A DNA stretch of 63,793 nt, filler included, from Choristocarpus tenellus KU-1152 (taxonomy: Eukaryota > Protista > Phaeophyceae), in NCBI GenBank assembly GCA_964200185.2. It is 11 parts of 11 records of this genome, joined end to end, with 100 filler letters (N's around TTAATTAATTAA, not from the genome) between each part and the next. Parts side by side here need not be neighbours in the genome. Positions count along the whole stretch, not along the records: positions 37,286 to 40,786 come from CAXNAD020019607.1; positions 40,887 to 45,531 come from CAXNAD020013650.1; positions 45,632 to 51,295 come from CAXNAD020010090.1; positions 51,396 to 54,686 come from CAXNAD020020992.1; 7 more parts are not named here. The stretch is one strand, 5' to 3'. This document shows positions 39,409 to 51,617 of this stretch, one piece after another. The notes under the pieces are model-generated. The model was not told where the DNA came from. It saw only the letters and a program-made list of their open reading frames with translations, and did no database searches. The position numbers were made by a program, and so were the translations under genes. Within the stretch, counting starts at the first letter, position 1, and each line of letters opens with the position of its first letter.

Positions 39409-40786
39409 CTGCTGGCGTTTGTTAATGCCTTCAAGAAACCCTGCACCTTCTGCAATGCCGACACATTCCGGCTAACGAATCCACCTGCAGTAGCTCCCCC
39501 TTCACTGCCCATACCTTCTGCTGCTTCCCCTGGTCCCTGAACCACAACATCTTTTCCTGGCACCTCAAGACCGGTAAGGTCCATGAAGCCCATCACCTAT
39601 TATTATTATTGTTATTATTATTATTATTATTGTTGTTGTTGTTGTCATTGTTACTGTTGCAAACATTATTATTGCTATCATTATTAGTATTGTTATCATT
39701 TTCATTATCAATACTACTATTAGTAGTAGTAGATTTGTTATCATTATCACTATTGCAAACAATATTATTGCTATCATTATTAGTATTGTTATGATTTTCA
39801 TTATCATTACTACTATTATAATTACTAATAATATTATTGACAAGAGGCTAACTAGCATTAAAAAAAATTCAGCAGTTTCTAAAATAAAATAAGATATTAT
39901 ATACATACGTACTCCAGTGTTCTTTAAAATTAAAATAGTTATCGTATGTAGGCATAAATACATAAATACATACATATGTGTGTATGTGTGTGTATCAAAG
40001 GTTGAAGATCAAAATTTGAACTATAAGTATACCATATATGGAGACAACAAAGTCATCTGTTGTTTACAGATAGAAAAAAATAATAAAGACACTTGACAAA
40101 AAAAATCCCCCAAAAAAGGAGTCAGTATGATAAAAAAAATACATGGGAGGTATGTCATAGTAGATTCCTTTTGGGGTTGGTGGAGAGGGCAAAGGGAGGT
40201 AGGGAATGAGATCGAGCAGATTTTTGTAGATTAGTATGATATTATTGGAGATTAGTATGATCTCTTCTTCAAAGGTACACACAAGCACTATTTTCTCTGG
40301 ATGTATTTGTGGTAGGGCACAGGCTTCTATTTCCCCTTAGATACAGTACAAATCGATGAAGAAATCAAGGTCAACATTACAAGTAAGGCACTGCTATACA
40401 TACCAGAACCAATTGGCACCCCCAACAACATGCCACTGCATAGACTACCAAAACCAATTCACCAACAACAACAATACAAACATCAATGCCAACACCAACA
40501 TAAAAATACCAAAACCAGCCCATCCTCCCCCACTAAAGAAGCAACATTTGGCACAGCTTCACAACTTCACCTTCTTTGCAATGTAACTCCTTTGCATGTA
40601 CCTCTGGACCTTGAACATGTTGATGTTATCTACTCCAGCTCTGAACAGAAAGCTGTTGATGCCCAGCATCTCTGACAATCCCTCTTCCCCACCCTCCTTC
40701 TCCCCTCCCTCCTTCCCCCCCCCCCACCCCCCCCCCCCCCCTTTTTTTTCTCCCCCCCCCCCCCCCCTCCATTTTGTTGATCCCTT
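39409..40786 (-). CDS. DDX11: Two internal exons of a DDX11/ChlR1 (Chl1) Fe-S DNA helicase
   Basis: Exon ~40786-40571 ...EMLGINSFLFRAGVDNINMFKVQRYMQRSYIAKK and exon 39596-39409 VMGF...SALQKVQGFLKALTNAS. These match the DDX11 signature N.FLF...DNIN.FK..RY...S.I..K..GF and S.L.....FL.ALT. Confidence 0.8.
39598..39840. repeat. Compound (TAT/TGT/CAT)n trinucleotide repeat in the DDX11 intron
   Basis: Directly visible. Confidence 0.9.
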
Positions 40787-40886
40787 NNNNNNNNNNNNNN
40801 NNNNNNNNNNNNNNNNNNNNNNNNNNNNNNTTAATTAATTAANNNNNNNNNNNNNNNNNNNNNNNNNNNNNNNNNNNNNNNNNNNN

Positions 40887-40989
40887 GACACTACCTGACA
40901 AAAGCCATAGCCAAAATTATATCATAATCGCAACATCCGACTTTGGTCCCCAAATGGACGTGACTCTACCCTCTAAGATACTTTGGCTC
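40887..40989 (+). mobile_element. MITE family A right end at contig start
   Basis: ...CCAAATGGACGTGACTCTACCCTCTAAGATACTTTGGCTC. Confidence 0.9.
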
Positions 40990-41172
40990 AGTCACATATG
41001 TTGGGAGTAATCAGACGACTGATCCGACATAGAAGCAAGATTCCACAATGCAATTTCACGTACCACAGCATCCATCTGTCCAGGGTGACGTGGTGACACC
41101 TTCGATACGCACGTGTAAGGGCTCCGATACCATTGGAGCCTTTCCGATAAGGTTTGTATCGGAAATGGAAAT

Positions 41173-41570
41173 ACACACCCCCAAACCGTCTTGCTGCGCT
41201 TTGGAACTTGATGGCCTTTACTGTTCGACAGAACACATCAAATTCATTAATTGCTATCTGTATTATGTCAAGCACAAACCTGCGCATGGTTGCCCTCCCG
41301 ATATCTAACCCGGGTCGGCGCATAAATTCCTTTCATCTTCATCTTTCACTTTCGAAATTCGACGTAATGTTTTCCTGCTCAGGATTGCTGTTTCAAATCG
41401 ACACCCCCCCCCCCCAACAGTCTTGCCGTGCTTTGGATATTGATGGCTTTACCGTTTGACAGAACACTTGAAATTCATTCATTACTGTCTGCCCTATGTC
41501 AAGCACAAACCTATGCATGATTGCCCTCTCTACATGTTACCTTGGTCGGCGCATAAATCCTTCCCATCTG
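41173..41570. repeat. Tandem duplication of ~230 bp
   Basis: ACACCCCC..GTCTTGC.G.GCTTTGGA..TGATGGC...GTCAAGCACAAACCT..GGTCGGCGCATAAAT at ~41173 and ~41401. Confidence 0.8.
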
Positions 41571-43149
41571 TGTCCGGTATTGGTGCGTTCTCATATTCAA
41601 TATTCATACCATATCGACCGGGTTTACTGTTCGATATATATTAGTAAATATAGCAGCCTTCAAGGAAAGCGTTACACCATCCTCATGAATGTCCACAGCA
41701 TCGTTACCCTCAACACTGGTGACGAACACACAGGCAAGCAATTACATCATTGTACAACATCGCCATAAGTTAACATCCAAACATGGTTCCCTACACCAAA
41801 CACACAACCTAGACTCTCACAGGTCTTACCGTCATTTGACAGTTTCGCAACGAACATTGTTGCAGGGTTCTCCGGTTTTATATGTTGCGAAGTTGCTCGT
41901 CGAACAGATTGATTAATACTTTCGCTGTGTTGTAATTATCGATAGAACCAGGCAAAAGAAGGGAAATATGTTACAGTTACATGCTAGTCCTATACGCATC
42001 CTCTTCACCCCATGTTACCAGCCCTATTTGTTTTCCTGATTTATGGGCTTGAATAATCCGCTCAAGTTTAACGAACCGCAAGTACTGTAAATCATCAATC
42101 CTTTCCTCAGCCCCTGTCTCCTCCTCTGTATCCTACCTCGCTTACTCCTTCTCACCAACCTCTACCTCATCCCTTGCCTCCTGACGCTAACACCTCCTCC
42201 CGTTGTTTTGACTCCTACTTCACCACGTCCTTTGCCTACTACTCCACGATCATAGAGATAACACGAGTCACAAACATTGAAATCACACCATACTAAAACA
42301 ACATGACCTTGACAATTTCAAGTCCAAAACGAGCGCAACCCACGAGAGAGAAGTCACCCTTTTCCAGAACCGACCAGGAGGCATGGTAATCACATGCACC
42401 ACCCTCGGGAACAAACTTGATCTGGATTGTATCAAACTCCTCATTGACGAACTTTCCACCTTCCACAATTTTGCACTGGTAAAGACACCAGTAGCTGGTG
42501 GCGTATCCACGCCTATACCTTGTGGAAGACCCAACCCACCAGGTGATGATGAAGAGGAACAAGATAACCCATCGCCTAGCCCTGCAGTAGGTACGGGAAG
42601 CAGGACTCTACGAGGGGGGAGGCATACAATCACACCCTCGGAACACGACTCTGAAGGCGATGGGGACCGACCTGTTTGTAACGCTTTGTCAGGTCCAGAG
42701 GAACTTGCACTGGAGGACGTGAGGGGGCGGCTAGGCAGGGACTCAGGTTCCACGCCTGTCAGGAGTGACCCATGTATGTCCCCAAACACCCATTCAGTGG
42801 GCAGCGGCAGCGACGTGTTCAAGGTGCCAGGGAACACCTACCACGATACTGTGGGGCGAAGTGAGAACCACGCCCATGCTCATCCAACCACAACACAAAG
42901 GGACAAGCCTTCCGTGGAAGGTAACGGAAAGAGGAAAAGGACGATGTTTCGGAAGAACAGGTTGAGAGAAGACTCTGAAGGCTATGGGGGCCGACCAGAT
43001 TGTGACGCTTTGTCAGGTCCAGAGGATCTTGTACAGGAGGACGTGGGTGGGCATTCAGGCACGGACTCAGAGTCCACGCCTGTCGGGAGTGACCCCGGGA
43101 TGTCCCCAAACGCCCATTTGGTGGGCAACAGCGGCGACGAGTCACAAGT

Positions 43150-43405
43150 GAGTGAAAGTATCTTAGAGGTTACGAGTGTTGCCGAGTTTGTCCATTTGGG
43201 ACTTGGCTTCCCACAGGTTTTTTCATGAGATTTCCTACTCCAAAACATTTCGGAGGAGGTAAAATGTTTATGTTATGAAAGGTGTGTCCGGAACAAGGAT
43301 ATTGGCACTTCCTAACAACACGATAGCCAAACCTACATCAAAATCGTAACATTAGGTTTCGGCCCCCAAATGGACACGGCCCTACCCTCTAAGATAGTTT
43401 GACTC
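43150..43405 (+). mobile_element. MITE family A, full copy, 4-bp TSD AAGT
   Basis: aagt|GAGTGAAAGTATCTTAGAGG...CCTCTAAGATAGTTTGACTC|aagt. Confidence 0.93.
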
Positions 43406-43497
43406 AAGTGCCAGGGAACACCTACGACCATACTGTGAGGGGAAGTGAGAACCGCTTCCATGCCGATCCTACCCCAACCCCGAGGGACAAGCCTTCC

Positions 43498-43755
43498 AGT
43501 GAAAGTATCTTAGAGTATACGAATTTTTCCCTCTTTGTCCATGTAGGTCTTGGCTTCTCATGGGTTTTTTATTGACATTTTACCTACTCCCAAATGTAAT
43601 GGAGTAGGTAAAATGTATACGTTATGAGAAGGAGTGTCCAGACAAGGATATTGACGTCTCCTAACAAACATGATAGTCGAAATTGCATCAAAATTGCAAC
43701 ATTGGATTTTGGTCCCCAAATAGACACAACTGTACCCTCTAAGATACTTTGGCTC
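43498..43755 (+). mobile_element. MITE family A, full copy (first G missing), 4-bp TSD TTCC
   Basis: ttcc|AGTGAAAGTATCTTAGAG...CCCTCTAAGATACTTTGGCTC|ttcc. Confidence 0.9.
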
Positions 43756-45364
43756 TTCCGAGAAGGGCAAAGGAAAGGGGGAAAGGACAACAATTAGGAA
43801 GAAGAGGGTGAGAGAAGGTGCTGGATGGATGAGACCCTTCAAACAGCCTCGTGGTCCTCATGGCAGCGCTTTAGAACCTGACTTCTTCGCAGATGTCTTC
43901 GCTTCTGCCAAAATGGGCAGATACGCGGTAAATCCGTGTTCATCTACCTTGAGGTACGATGACGACGACGAAAGGTCATCTCATGGTGATGAGGATTACG
44001 TCACACAGGACGCGACCGACTCTGGCAATGCATCCGATGTGGGGGATCACCGAAGCCTTCATGGAGGCATGCGTTACCAAGCTCCTCGATCGACAACAAA
44101 ACCTGTTTCTTCACAGTATCGAGTGCAGACTCAAATCATCACCCAAGTCATATACGACCATGGGTTCAGGATCATCAAGGCCGGAAGGGGCCATTTCTCT
44201 TGTTTTTGGGGATGAATGCTACGTCCACGAGCCCACGCAGGTTAAACTCGGCGACCGTGGAGGGAAGTCAGGCAACACATTGCGTCCCGAGCATGTGGAG
44301 ACACTCCAGGCGAGGAAGTCTATCTTCTTGAGCCTCATGAAGCCCGAACCTTGGACTGCCAGGTACTCCACACGCCTAAATCTATGGCACCTTCTTGTCG
44401 AGGCATACCCTAAGCTCACAGAGTGGTGGGAGAAGGGTGACGAATGCAATTTCGAGTCCGCCCACCAATTGAAATAGAGCTTCAGTTGTTTCAGTTTTTT
44501 GTTGGAGTACGGGTAGAGTTACAGGTACACTGCTTTATGCATCAGAGTACCTTGCCTTGGGTGTCCGGCTATCATGTTCATGCACTTTCCATTCCATGAG
44601 TTATGCATTTAGACAGTGGTATCGGATATGTTGATACCAGTCACAGTCGTCAGCGTATCATATATCATGCTCACGTTGAGGATTAGACCTGTGTTATTAT
44701 TTTTTTTTTAAAGCGTGTCTGCTACAAGGTCTAGACAACTAAAATATAATACATCAATTAAACAACTCTTCTCCATCTTCTCAGCTAACCTTTCCAAGCA
44801 ATTCGCCAGGGCCTGCGATGGATACCCTGTCCTTCTCAAAGCCGCTATTTATTCCTTGAACACTATAACGCACCTCCCCCCTTCTTCTCAATACTCTATG
44901 CACTATCTCATGCTTTGTCCAAGTGTCGACAAACTAGAACCGATCTCGTCCTCCTTCGAATCTTGGAGGATCATATACCGAAGTCCATGCACGATGCTCC
45001 TAAGTACAGCACCAACCCAGGACCTCTGGAAGTGCACCTTGAAATACTTTCAGAGAAATGTACGACAATAGACCTTGACCAATAACCATTCGAATACACC
45101 TCCAGATTCCGTCCACACATTACATGAGAGACATAATACACTAACCCAAGAACAAAACCTGATCCTTTTCCCTTCCTTCATACCAAAAACTTCAACCCTA
45201 ACAACCTCAGCGACAACCACGTCTGTTTACATACTAAATCCGACACATGCACGCAAATAAACGAAGTATTGCCTTTAAACTGTACATGATATATCTTTTG
45301 GTTCCTCGTGCACACACCGGGAGAACAGGCCCGAACTGACAGTCCTTTTTGTGTACATACCAGA

Positions 45365-45531
45365 GGGTCAAAGTATCTGGGGGGGGGTGTCGACGTCCGT
45401 TTTTCACGTTTTTGGTGTGATTTGGTTGCGCGTGTCGGATTTGAAATGTCAGCAAAAAAAAATTGGTTTGACCGAAACAGACACCCCCCAAAAAACCACA
45501 CCCCCCACCAAAACAAAAACGCCACAAACAG
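45365..45531 (+). mobile_element. MITE family B variant, truncated by contig end (sister copy at 54623-54686)
   Basis: GGGTCAAAGTATCTGGGGGGGG..CGTCCGTTTTTCA.GTTTTTGG.GTGATTTGG occurs in both. Confidence 0.75.
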
Positions 45532-45631
45532 NNNNNNNNNNNNNNNNNNNNNNNNNNNNNNNNNNNNNNNNNNNNTTAATTAATTAANNNNNNNNNNNNN
45601 NNNNNNNNNNNNNNNNNNNNNNNNNNNNNNN

Positions 45632-45812
45632 GGCGGGGGTGGGGGGGGGTGGGGGGTGGGGCTCTACAGCAGGGTGTCCATTTGGGGAAAAATCAGGAAA
45701 AGTGCATTTACATTATCCATCCGACATATGCAACCAAATCACCCAAAAAACGCGACATGAAAAAATTGACCCCAAATTGGCAGCTGTCAGCCCCCCTCAG
45801 ATACTTTGAGCC
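45632..45812 (-). mobile_element. MITE family B copy
   Basis: Reverse complement of the 32296-32476 body. It ends CAGATACTTTGAGCC. Confidence 0.85.
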
Positions 45813-46099
45813 TAATCAAAGAACTTTGAGTAGCCACCAGGTGAAGTGCTTCCAGAATGGTGACCTCAGCTTCCAGTCTCCACTTCCTGAACTCTCACCA
45901 ATCCAGACCTCCATCCATAACATTAAACGTCTATATCTCATATTCCCCTTGTCCTCTCGATCAGTCCAGGAGATACCATTCTCAACACCTCCCAGCTCTT
46001 GGACTGAGAGTAGATACGATGTGCCCTCTAGTCCTTGGGAGATGTGAAGGGAAATGCGCAGATAACAACAAATAAATACGCCAGAACTATCTTGTCCTC

Positions 46100-47250
46100 A
46101 TCCTTCAAGCGGAGTACAGAGAGAGAAGATTGAAAGCTACTTTCGGGTCAAATGTGACAGACGCCAAAGTACCACGTACCCACCTATCGTGACCAACATT
46201 GAAATACAAATCAATCTAGCCATACCCTACAATAGGTGGTGATATGACATCAGTCGCGGTCATATTATAGCCTTGTGGGCATGTGGTGAAGTCACATGTA
46301 TGTTGAAGTCTATCGTCACATTATTGGACGCCCCCGAATCAAAACACCATGTTTCGAAAGCATGTAATCTCACCTTGCCATTGTCAGTCACAACGGCTAA
46401 CATGGTCTTGAACTTCCTTGCCTCCCTAGCTGGTTCATCTGGTTCAGCTAGTATTACCGTCAACTTTAACGGTTTTGCCCTCCTCTGAGGGCACACAGCT
46501 CGCAGGTGGCCATTTTTCCTGCAGCTGTAACACGGTCCTCCAGACGCACAGGAACCGAAATACTCGACCAATCCACAATTTGCACATTTCTCTCAGGCCT
46601 TGGTCAGCCCCCTGGTACGGTATCCTGTCGTCCCAGCGTGTGTACGAAGACCAGTCGTACCTTGGTTGCCACCTCGGCCAACCTTTAGCTGGGTCTGGGC
46701 GAACAGAGGACTTCCTGGCTCTCGGCAGTCAGCTACCTCTCGTTGAAGTGAGAAGTAGTACAAACAAGCAACTTGTTGAATCGTAGCCCTCGAACGTTCA
46801 CTTTTATTATGGTGCTGAAGATAGTGCTTGGTGATCTGGTAATCATCGTCCAAACAGTCTAGCATGGCAATTTGGAGAACCTGTTTAAAAATTACATGCC
46901 CAATCATCACCATCTGACCAATCCAGTCCAGCATCGTAGTAAAATTGATTAGGGGGTCAGATGGTGATGCTGCATTGTGCACAATGCACCTGTAGAAGCC
47001 AGTGGTACTTCTTAACAAGACGTCGTATGCCTTCTTGACTTTGGTGACATCTTCTGCATTCACATTCTCCGCCTTGATGAAACGTATGTCACTCACTCTG
47101 ATGGGTTCCTCCCTGTCCGCTAATGCCTCATCTATATACCCTTTGCGCCAAAAAATGGGTTGTGGCGAACCAATTGACAGAGTTGTCCTCCGTTAGCTGA
47201 AGAAGTTTGGAGTGAAACCCATCTGAAGCCATGAGTAATGTAATACCCTC
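46100..47250 (-). pseudogene. Decayed Ty1/copia gag-protease
   Basis: Gag-like ORF 46593-47096, zinc knuckle CYSCRKNGHLRAVC, and copia protease WCFDSGASNNV. Confidence 0.8.
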
Positions 47251-47641
47251 ATACCGATCAAGTTCGACTGCCCCTCCCCTAGCTAGAGTTTGGATTAAAC
47301 GTGCTTAAGCATGTTGAAGAGCTTGGCGCATGTAAGACTCGTCGCCCAAAGCTGGTAGTTGAGTTACATGGTAAAACATACAGTTAATATTAATTATCCA
47401 CTGCCTTTGCCTTGCCATCAGTTATCTCTGATGTATGACCAAAGACTGTTCCTCCGCGATTTATTATTTTTATCGGGATATGGCTCCCGTTACCCGAGGT
47501 TAGGACATTTCTGAAAATAATCCTTCAAACGCTCTTGACGTAAGCTTTCGTTTGATATATATATTGTGGCGTAATTCTTCTGTCGACACGGTGGAAAAAG
47601 CAAGACTACTACAGAGGGTGAAGCTACTGGTACCACATTAT

Positions 47642-50600
47642 TGTGCAATATAGACTGGTAGTCTATATGGTTTATAGTGTAAAAGTGAATGAAGTAACGT
47701 AACTTGAACTTATAAGCGACTGACGTAGTTTAACTTGAACTTATAAGTGACTGACGTAGTGTAACTGTCACAAACATGTTTAAACATATTTCTGACGTGT
47801 TTGATGACGTATACGTTAGATAACAAGAGAGAGCACAATCAATGTACATTCTGTTTAAAATATGATCACTGGTGGCGACAATGCCCCTAATACTTGACTG
47901 GCCAACCTCCCGCTAAGCGCCGCTATAGGGTGCCGAAACCAAGATTTCCCCCACCACCAACCAGGGAAAGGAACAGTGGTGGAATAGGCGGAGACAAAGC
48001 TAATCAACAGGGCTCATCGCTAGCATTCCTGACCATGAGTCTGTAGGGGAGGACGCATATAGCAAAATGGTTGAGGCAGTACATCTATCCTCGACTCAAG
48101 ATATGACCAAGACAGACATCATTAGCGTTCTGTGTGACTCGGGAGCCAATGTACATCTTAACCTAAGTTTGCAGGACCTCACTGCAGCAACAGGGATCAC
48201 TCACACCTACACCTTTGGTAATAAAGGCACACTGGAAGCACAGGCAACAGGCAAGATGGTATTGGAAGCCACTAATGAGATGGGCAAGCCGACCAAGATT
48301 GTGCTTCTGGATGTGCTCTGGGTACCTGGTCTACCATGCAGACTTCTTAGCACAGTTAGCCTGCGGCGCAATGGAGGTGAATTTGTGGACTCTGGGTTTA
48401 GAAGAAGCTATATTCAGCCCAACAAAGGGGCAGCCAAGATCCATTTGGAGGAGATGGCAGTCTTCCTGATGCTGAAGACCCAGTTTCAGGTAGACAATAG
48501 GAAGAAGGGCCAGCCCAAGGTCAATGCCAGCAAACGCCAATAAACAACAGCGTCTCTCCCTCTTCGACTGGCATAAAATAATGGGTCGCCTCAACCCCTT
48601 TGCGATAAAGCACCTTGAAAAACGAGGACTCCTGGATATCACAGATGCTACAGTCGCCTCCGAGCTTCACTGCAAGATGTGCAAGGAGTGCAAGTCCGAG
48701 GAACTCAGTTACGCACAGGGAGGCCGCAGTCCCAAGACAGTTGGGGATGTGGTGCACACAGATATGGAGGGACCTTTTAACCCGGATGTGACAGGAATGA
48801 GATATTTTCAGGTTTTCGAGGACGAGGCTAGCAGGGAAAAGTGTGTGATAGGATTGCGTACCAAGGACACCGCTACAGCAGCCACTGCTGCCCACATAGA
48901 CGAAATGTCTCGAGATGGGGTGGTAGTGAGATGCTTCAGTGGGGATGGAGCTGGAGAATTTGGTAGGAGCATAAAGTTCCAACACATGCTAACAGAGCGA
49001 GGTGTCAAAAGGCGTAAGAGCCCCCCACGCACGCCCCAGAGCAATGGAATTGCTGAGAGGGCAATCAAACAAGTTATGCAAGCGGCACGCAGCCAGTTGA
49101 TTCAGGCTGGACTGGGGGAGGAGTTCTGGTTCTTCGCGGTAGCAGATGCCACATGTAAGACCACTTGCATGCCGCACGAGTACCTAGGAGGCGAGACACC
49201 ATACGAGCACCTGAATAACAAGCCATCCAACTACAATCGACTTCGAGTATTTGGGACAGAGTGTTTTGTACACCAAACCAAGCAGCAGCGGCGCTAACGC
49301 CAAGTTCCACCCATATGCGAAGAGGGGGATCCTTGTAGGACACGACAAGGTGTCACTATACTGGTATGTATGGATTCCACAGGAAGAAAAGCTCGTGACC
49401 TCAGCACAGGTGACTTTCCAGCCTGGAACCAAACTGCTGGAGATAGTGGGGGAGTCAGAGCTAGACATACTTGGAGAGTCAGAATTTGATGAAGACATAA
49501 ATTTGCATATACAAAACGTAGAAGAGGCTTCCACAACAGGGAGCGAGGCAGACATGACTGGGGGTGAGAGCCCAAATATTGGGCATGGGGCTCAAAATAC
49601 AAAGCGCCCAGCTTCCCCCCACGGTCAAGAAATTCCCAGGATGGGACAATGCCAACGCATGGATAGGGCTGCACAAATTTCAACCAAACGCTTGACCCCA
49701 CACTCTGAGAGGCGGAAATCTGCCAGGCTGGAGCAGCGCCGGCAGATGGCCCACACATGTCAAATGTGTGCCCAGGAAGAGCATGAGGATATGGAAATAA
49801 ACCACTTCGTATCAATCCTTAGACAGCAGAACAACGAAGAAGTGTACTGCCTTATGGGTCTTATGGGGGAAGTAACAGCAGGTCCAGAAGAGTCATCCAC
49901 AACCAAGGAGGCCTTGAATGGGCCAGATGCAGATCAATGGCAGGAAGCCATGGAAAAGGAAATGGCAGGAGTTTGGCAGAAGGGGACATTTAGTGACAAA
50001 GCCCTACCCCAAGGAAGGAAGGCAATAAAGACATGATTTGTTTTCAAAATCAAGTACTCTGCAGACGGGACAGTAGAACGATATAAGGCATGACTCGACC
50101 AGACCTGGCTAATAGTGTTCGTGAACTGGGGCGTAAAGCAGCATCTCCATGCATGCGACACTGGCGCGGATTACAGCACGTTCTGCGCTACGTAGCAGGG
50201 ACATTGGATATCTGCATTCACTATGATCGAGGGAACAAAGATATGAACGAGAGAGAAGAAGAACTCCTGGTTGGGTATGGGGATTCTGACTGGGGCACAG
50301 ACCAACAAACATGCAGGAGTATTACAGGGTTCATAATCCTGCTCAACGAATCACAGATCCCCTAGCGCTCTTAGTTTCAAGGTGCTGTCACCCTCTCCAG
50401 CTCGGAGGCAGAATGGACGGCAATGGCATACGGCATGCGTCACTGCATTTTCCTTCAAGGCATTCTGGGGGAGATTGGCATATTAGAGAAACAGATTCCC
50501 TGGTTCTGCGATAATCGTGGTGCTATTCAAGCGAGCAGCATCACAGGATTCAATGGAAGGACCAAGCACGTGGACATAAAGTTAAAGCGTACAAGAGAGT

Positions 50601-50966
50601 ATGTAGATCAAGGAATATTTCATATAGAATATGTTCCAACGTCAACACAATTAGCAGACATTTTGATTAAGTCTTTGCGTGAGAGTCTTACTTTTGATTT
50701 TGTGCATTCTGTACTTTCACGTCTNNNNNNNNNNCTTTGTCAGCAACTTTGCTGCACGATCATGGGGGAGTTTGCAATATAGACTAATACTCTATATGGT
50801 TTATAGTATAAAAGTGAATGAAGTAATGTAACTTGAACTTACAAGCGACTGACGTAGCGTAACTTGAACGTATAAGTGACTGACGTAGTGTAACTGTCAC
50901 AAACATGTTTAAACATATCTCTGACGTGTTTGATGACGAATGAATTAGATAACAAGGGAGAGCACC
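47642..50966 (+). mobile_element. Internally deleted Ty1/copia LTR retrotransposon with both LTRs (47642-47837, 50771-50966)
   Basis: Two similar ~195-bp LTRs and PPT ATGGGGGAG at 50762-50770. Domain order is PR (LCDSGANVHL), GAG-pre-IN (WHKIMGRLN..CKMC), IN (VHTDMEGP, SGDGAGEF, PQSNGIAER), RT ends only, RNaseH (YGDSDWG, SSEAEW, CDNRGAI, RTKHVDIK, QLADILIK). Frameshifts and stops are present. Confidence 0.93.
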
Positions 50967-50969
50967 ACC

Positions 50970-51295
50970 CCCCCACCTTGAGGATAGTGCTCACTCCGCT
51001 AATAAACATATCCATACCACACAAAGCAAAATACTCTACTTGAGTAGCTCTCTTTTGCATAAGTAGTGCATATCGCTCGTCATCGCCGCAGCTGGTGGTA
51101 CTTTCCACAGTAATGTGGGAAGGATTCGCCTCAGTCTTGATCTCTTCCTTCCCAGACTGCACCATAGTCAAGAACATCGAAGTACATGTTGTTGCATCAT
51201 GGGCACGTCCACCGCACTTGGTGCAAATGCGGTTTGGGCAAGCTGTCTTTTCATGTCCATGCTTACCGCATCTCTCACAAGGAATCTTCTCGGAA
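50970..51295 (-). pseudogene. Retroelement gag fragment with two CCHC zinc knuckles
   Basis: CERCGKHGHEKTAC and CTKCGGRAHDATTC on the minus strand. Confidence 0.7.
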
Positions 51296-51439
51296 NNNNN
51301 NNNNNNNNNNNNNNNNNNNNNNNNNNNNNNNNNNNNNNNTTAATTAATTAANNNNNNNNNNNNNNNNNNNNNNNNNNNNNNNNNNNNNNNNNNNNCGACC
51401 CACACAAAAAGAAAAAAACAAAAAAGAAAAGAGGGCCCG

Positions 51440-51617
51440 AGGGGTGGGGGGGGGGGGGGGGGGGATCTTCACCAAAGTGTCCATTTTGGACCAACACCAA
51501 GAAAAGTGCACTTTCATTATCCATCCAACGTATGGACCTAAATCACCCAAAAATCGCGACATGAAAAATTTTGCTCCAAATGGACAGCCACCACCCCCCC
51601 CCCAGGTACTTTGAACC
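51440..51617 (-). mobile_element. MITE family B copy
   Basis: Poly-G, GTGTCCATTTTGG, CGCGACATGAAAAATT, CCAAATGGACAG, poly-C, GGTACTTTGAACC. Confidence 0.85.

Larger units (their letters stand above)
42284..44477 (+). pseudogene. Disrupted intronless ORF of unknown family with an in-frame 324-bp internal duplication, two MITE insertions and a frameshift
   Basis: Open frame from ~42284 to the MITE at 43150. Repeat units start at 42647 and 42971 (DSEG.G.RP.C.ALSGPE..). Downstream ORFs 43808-44215 and ..44477 overlap out of frame. Confidence 0.5.

Noticed and set aside
39565-39975. Hydrophobic Ile/Leu-rich ORFs resembling membrane proteins
   Set aside because: Translation of an intronic trinucleotide repeat.
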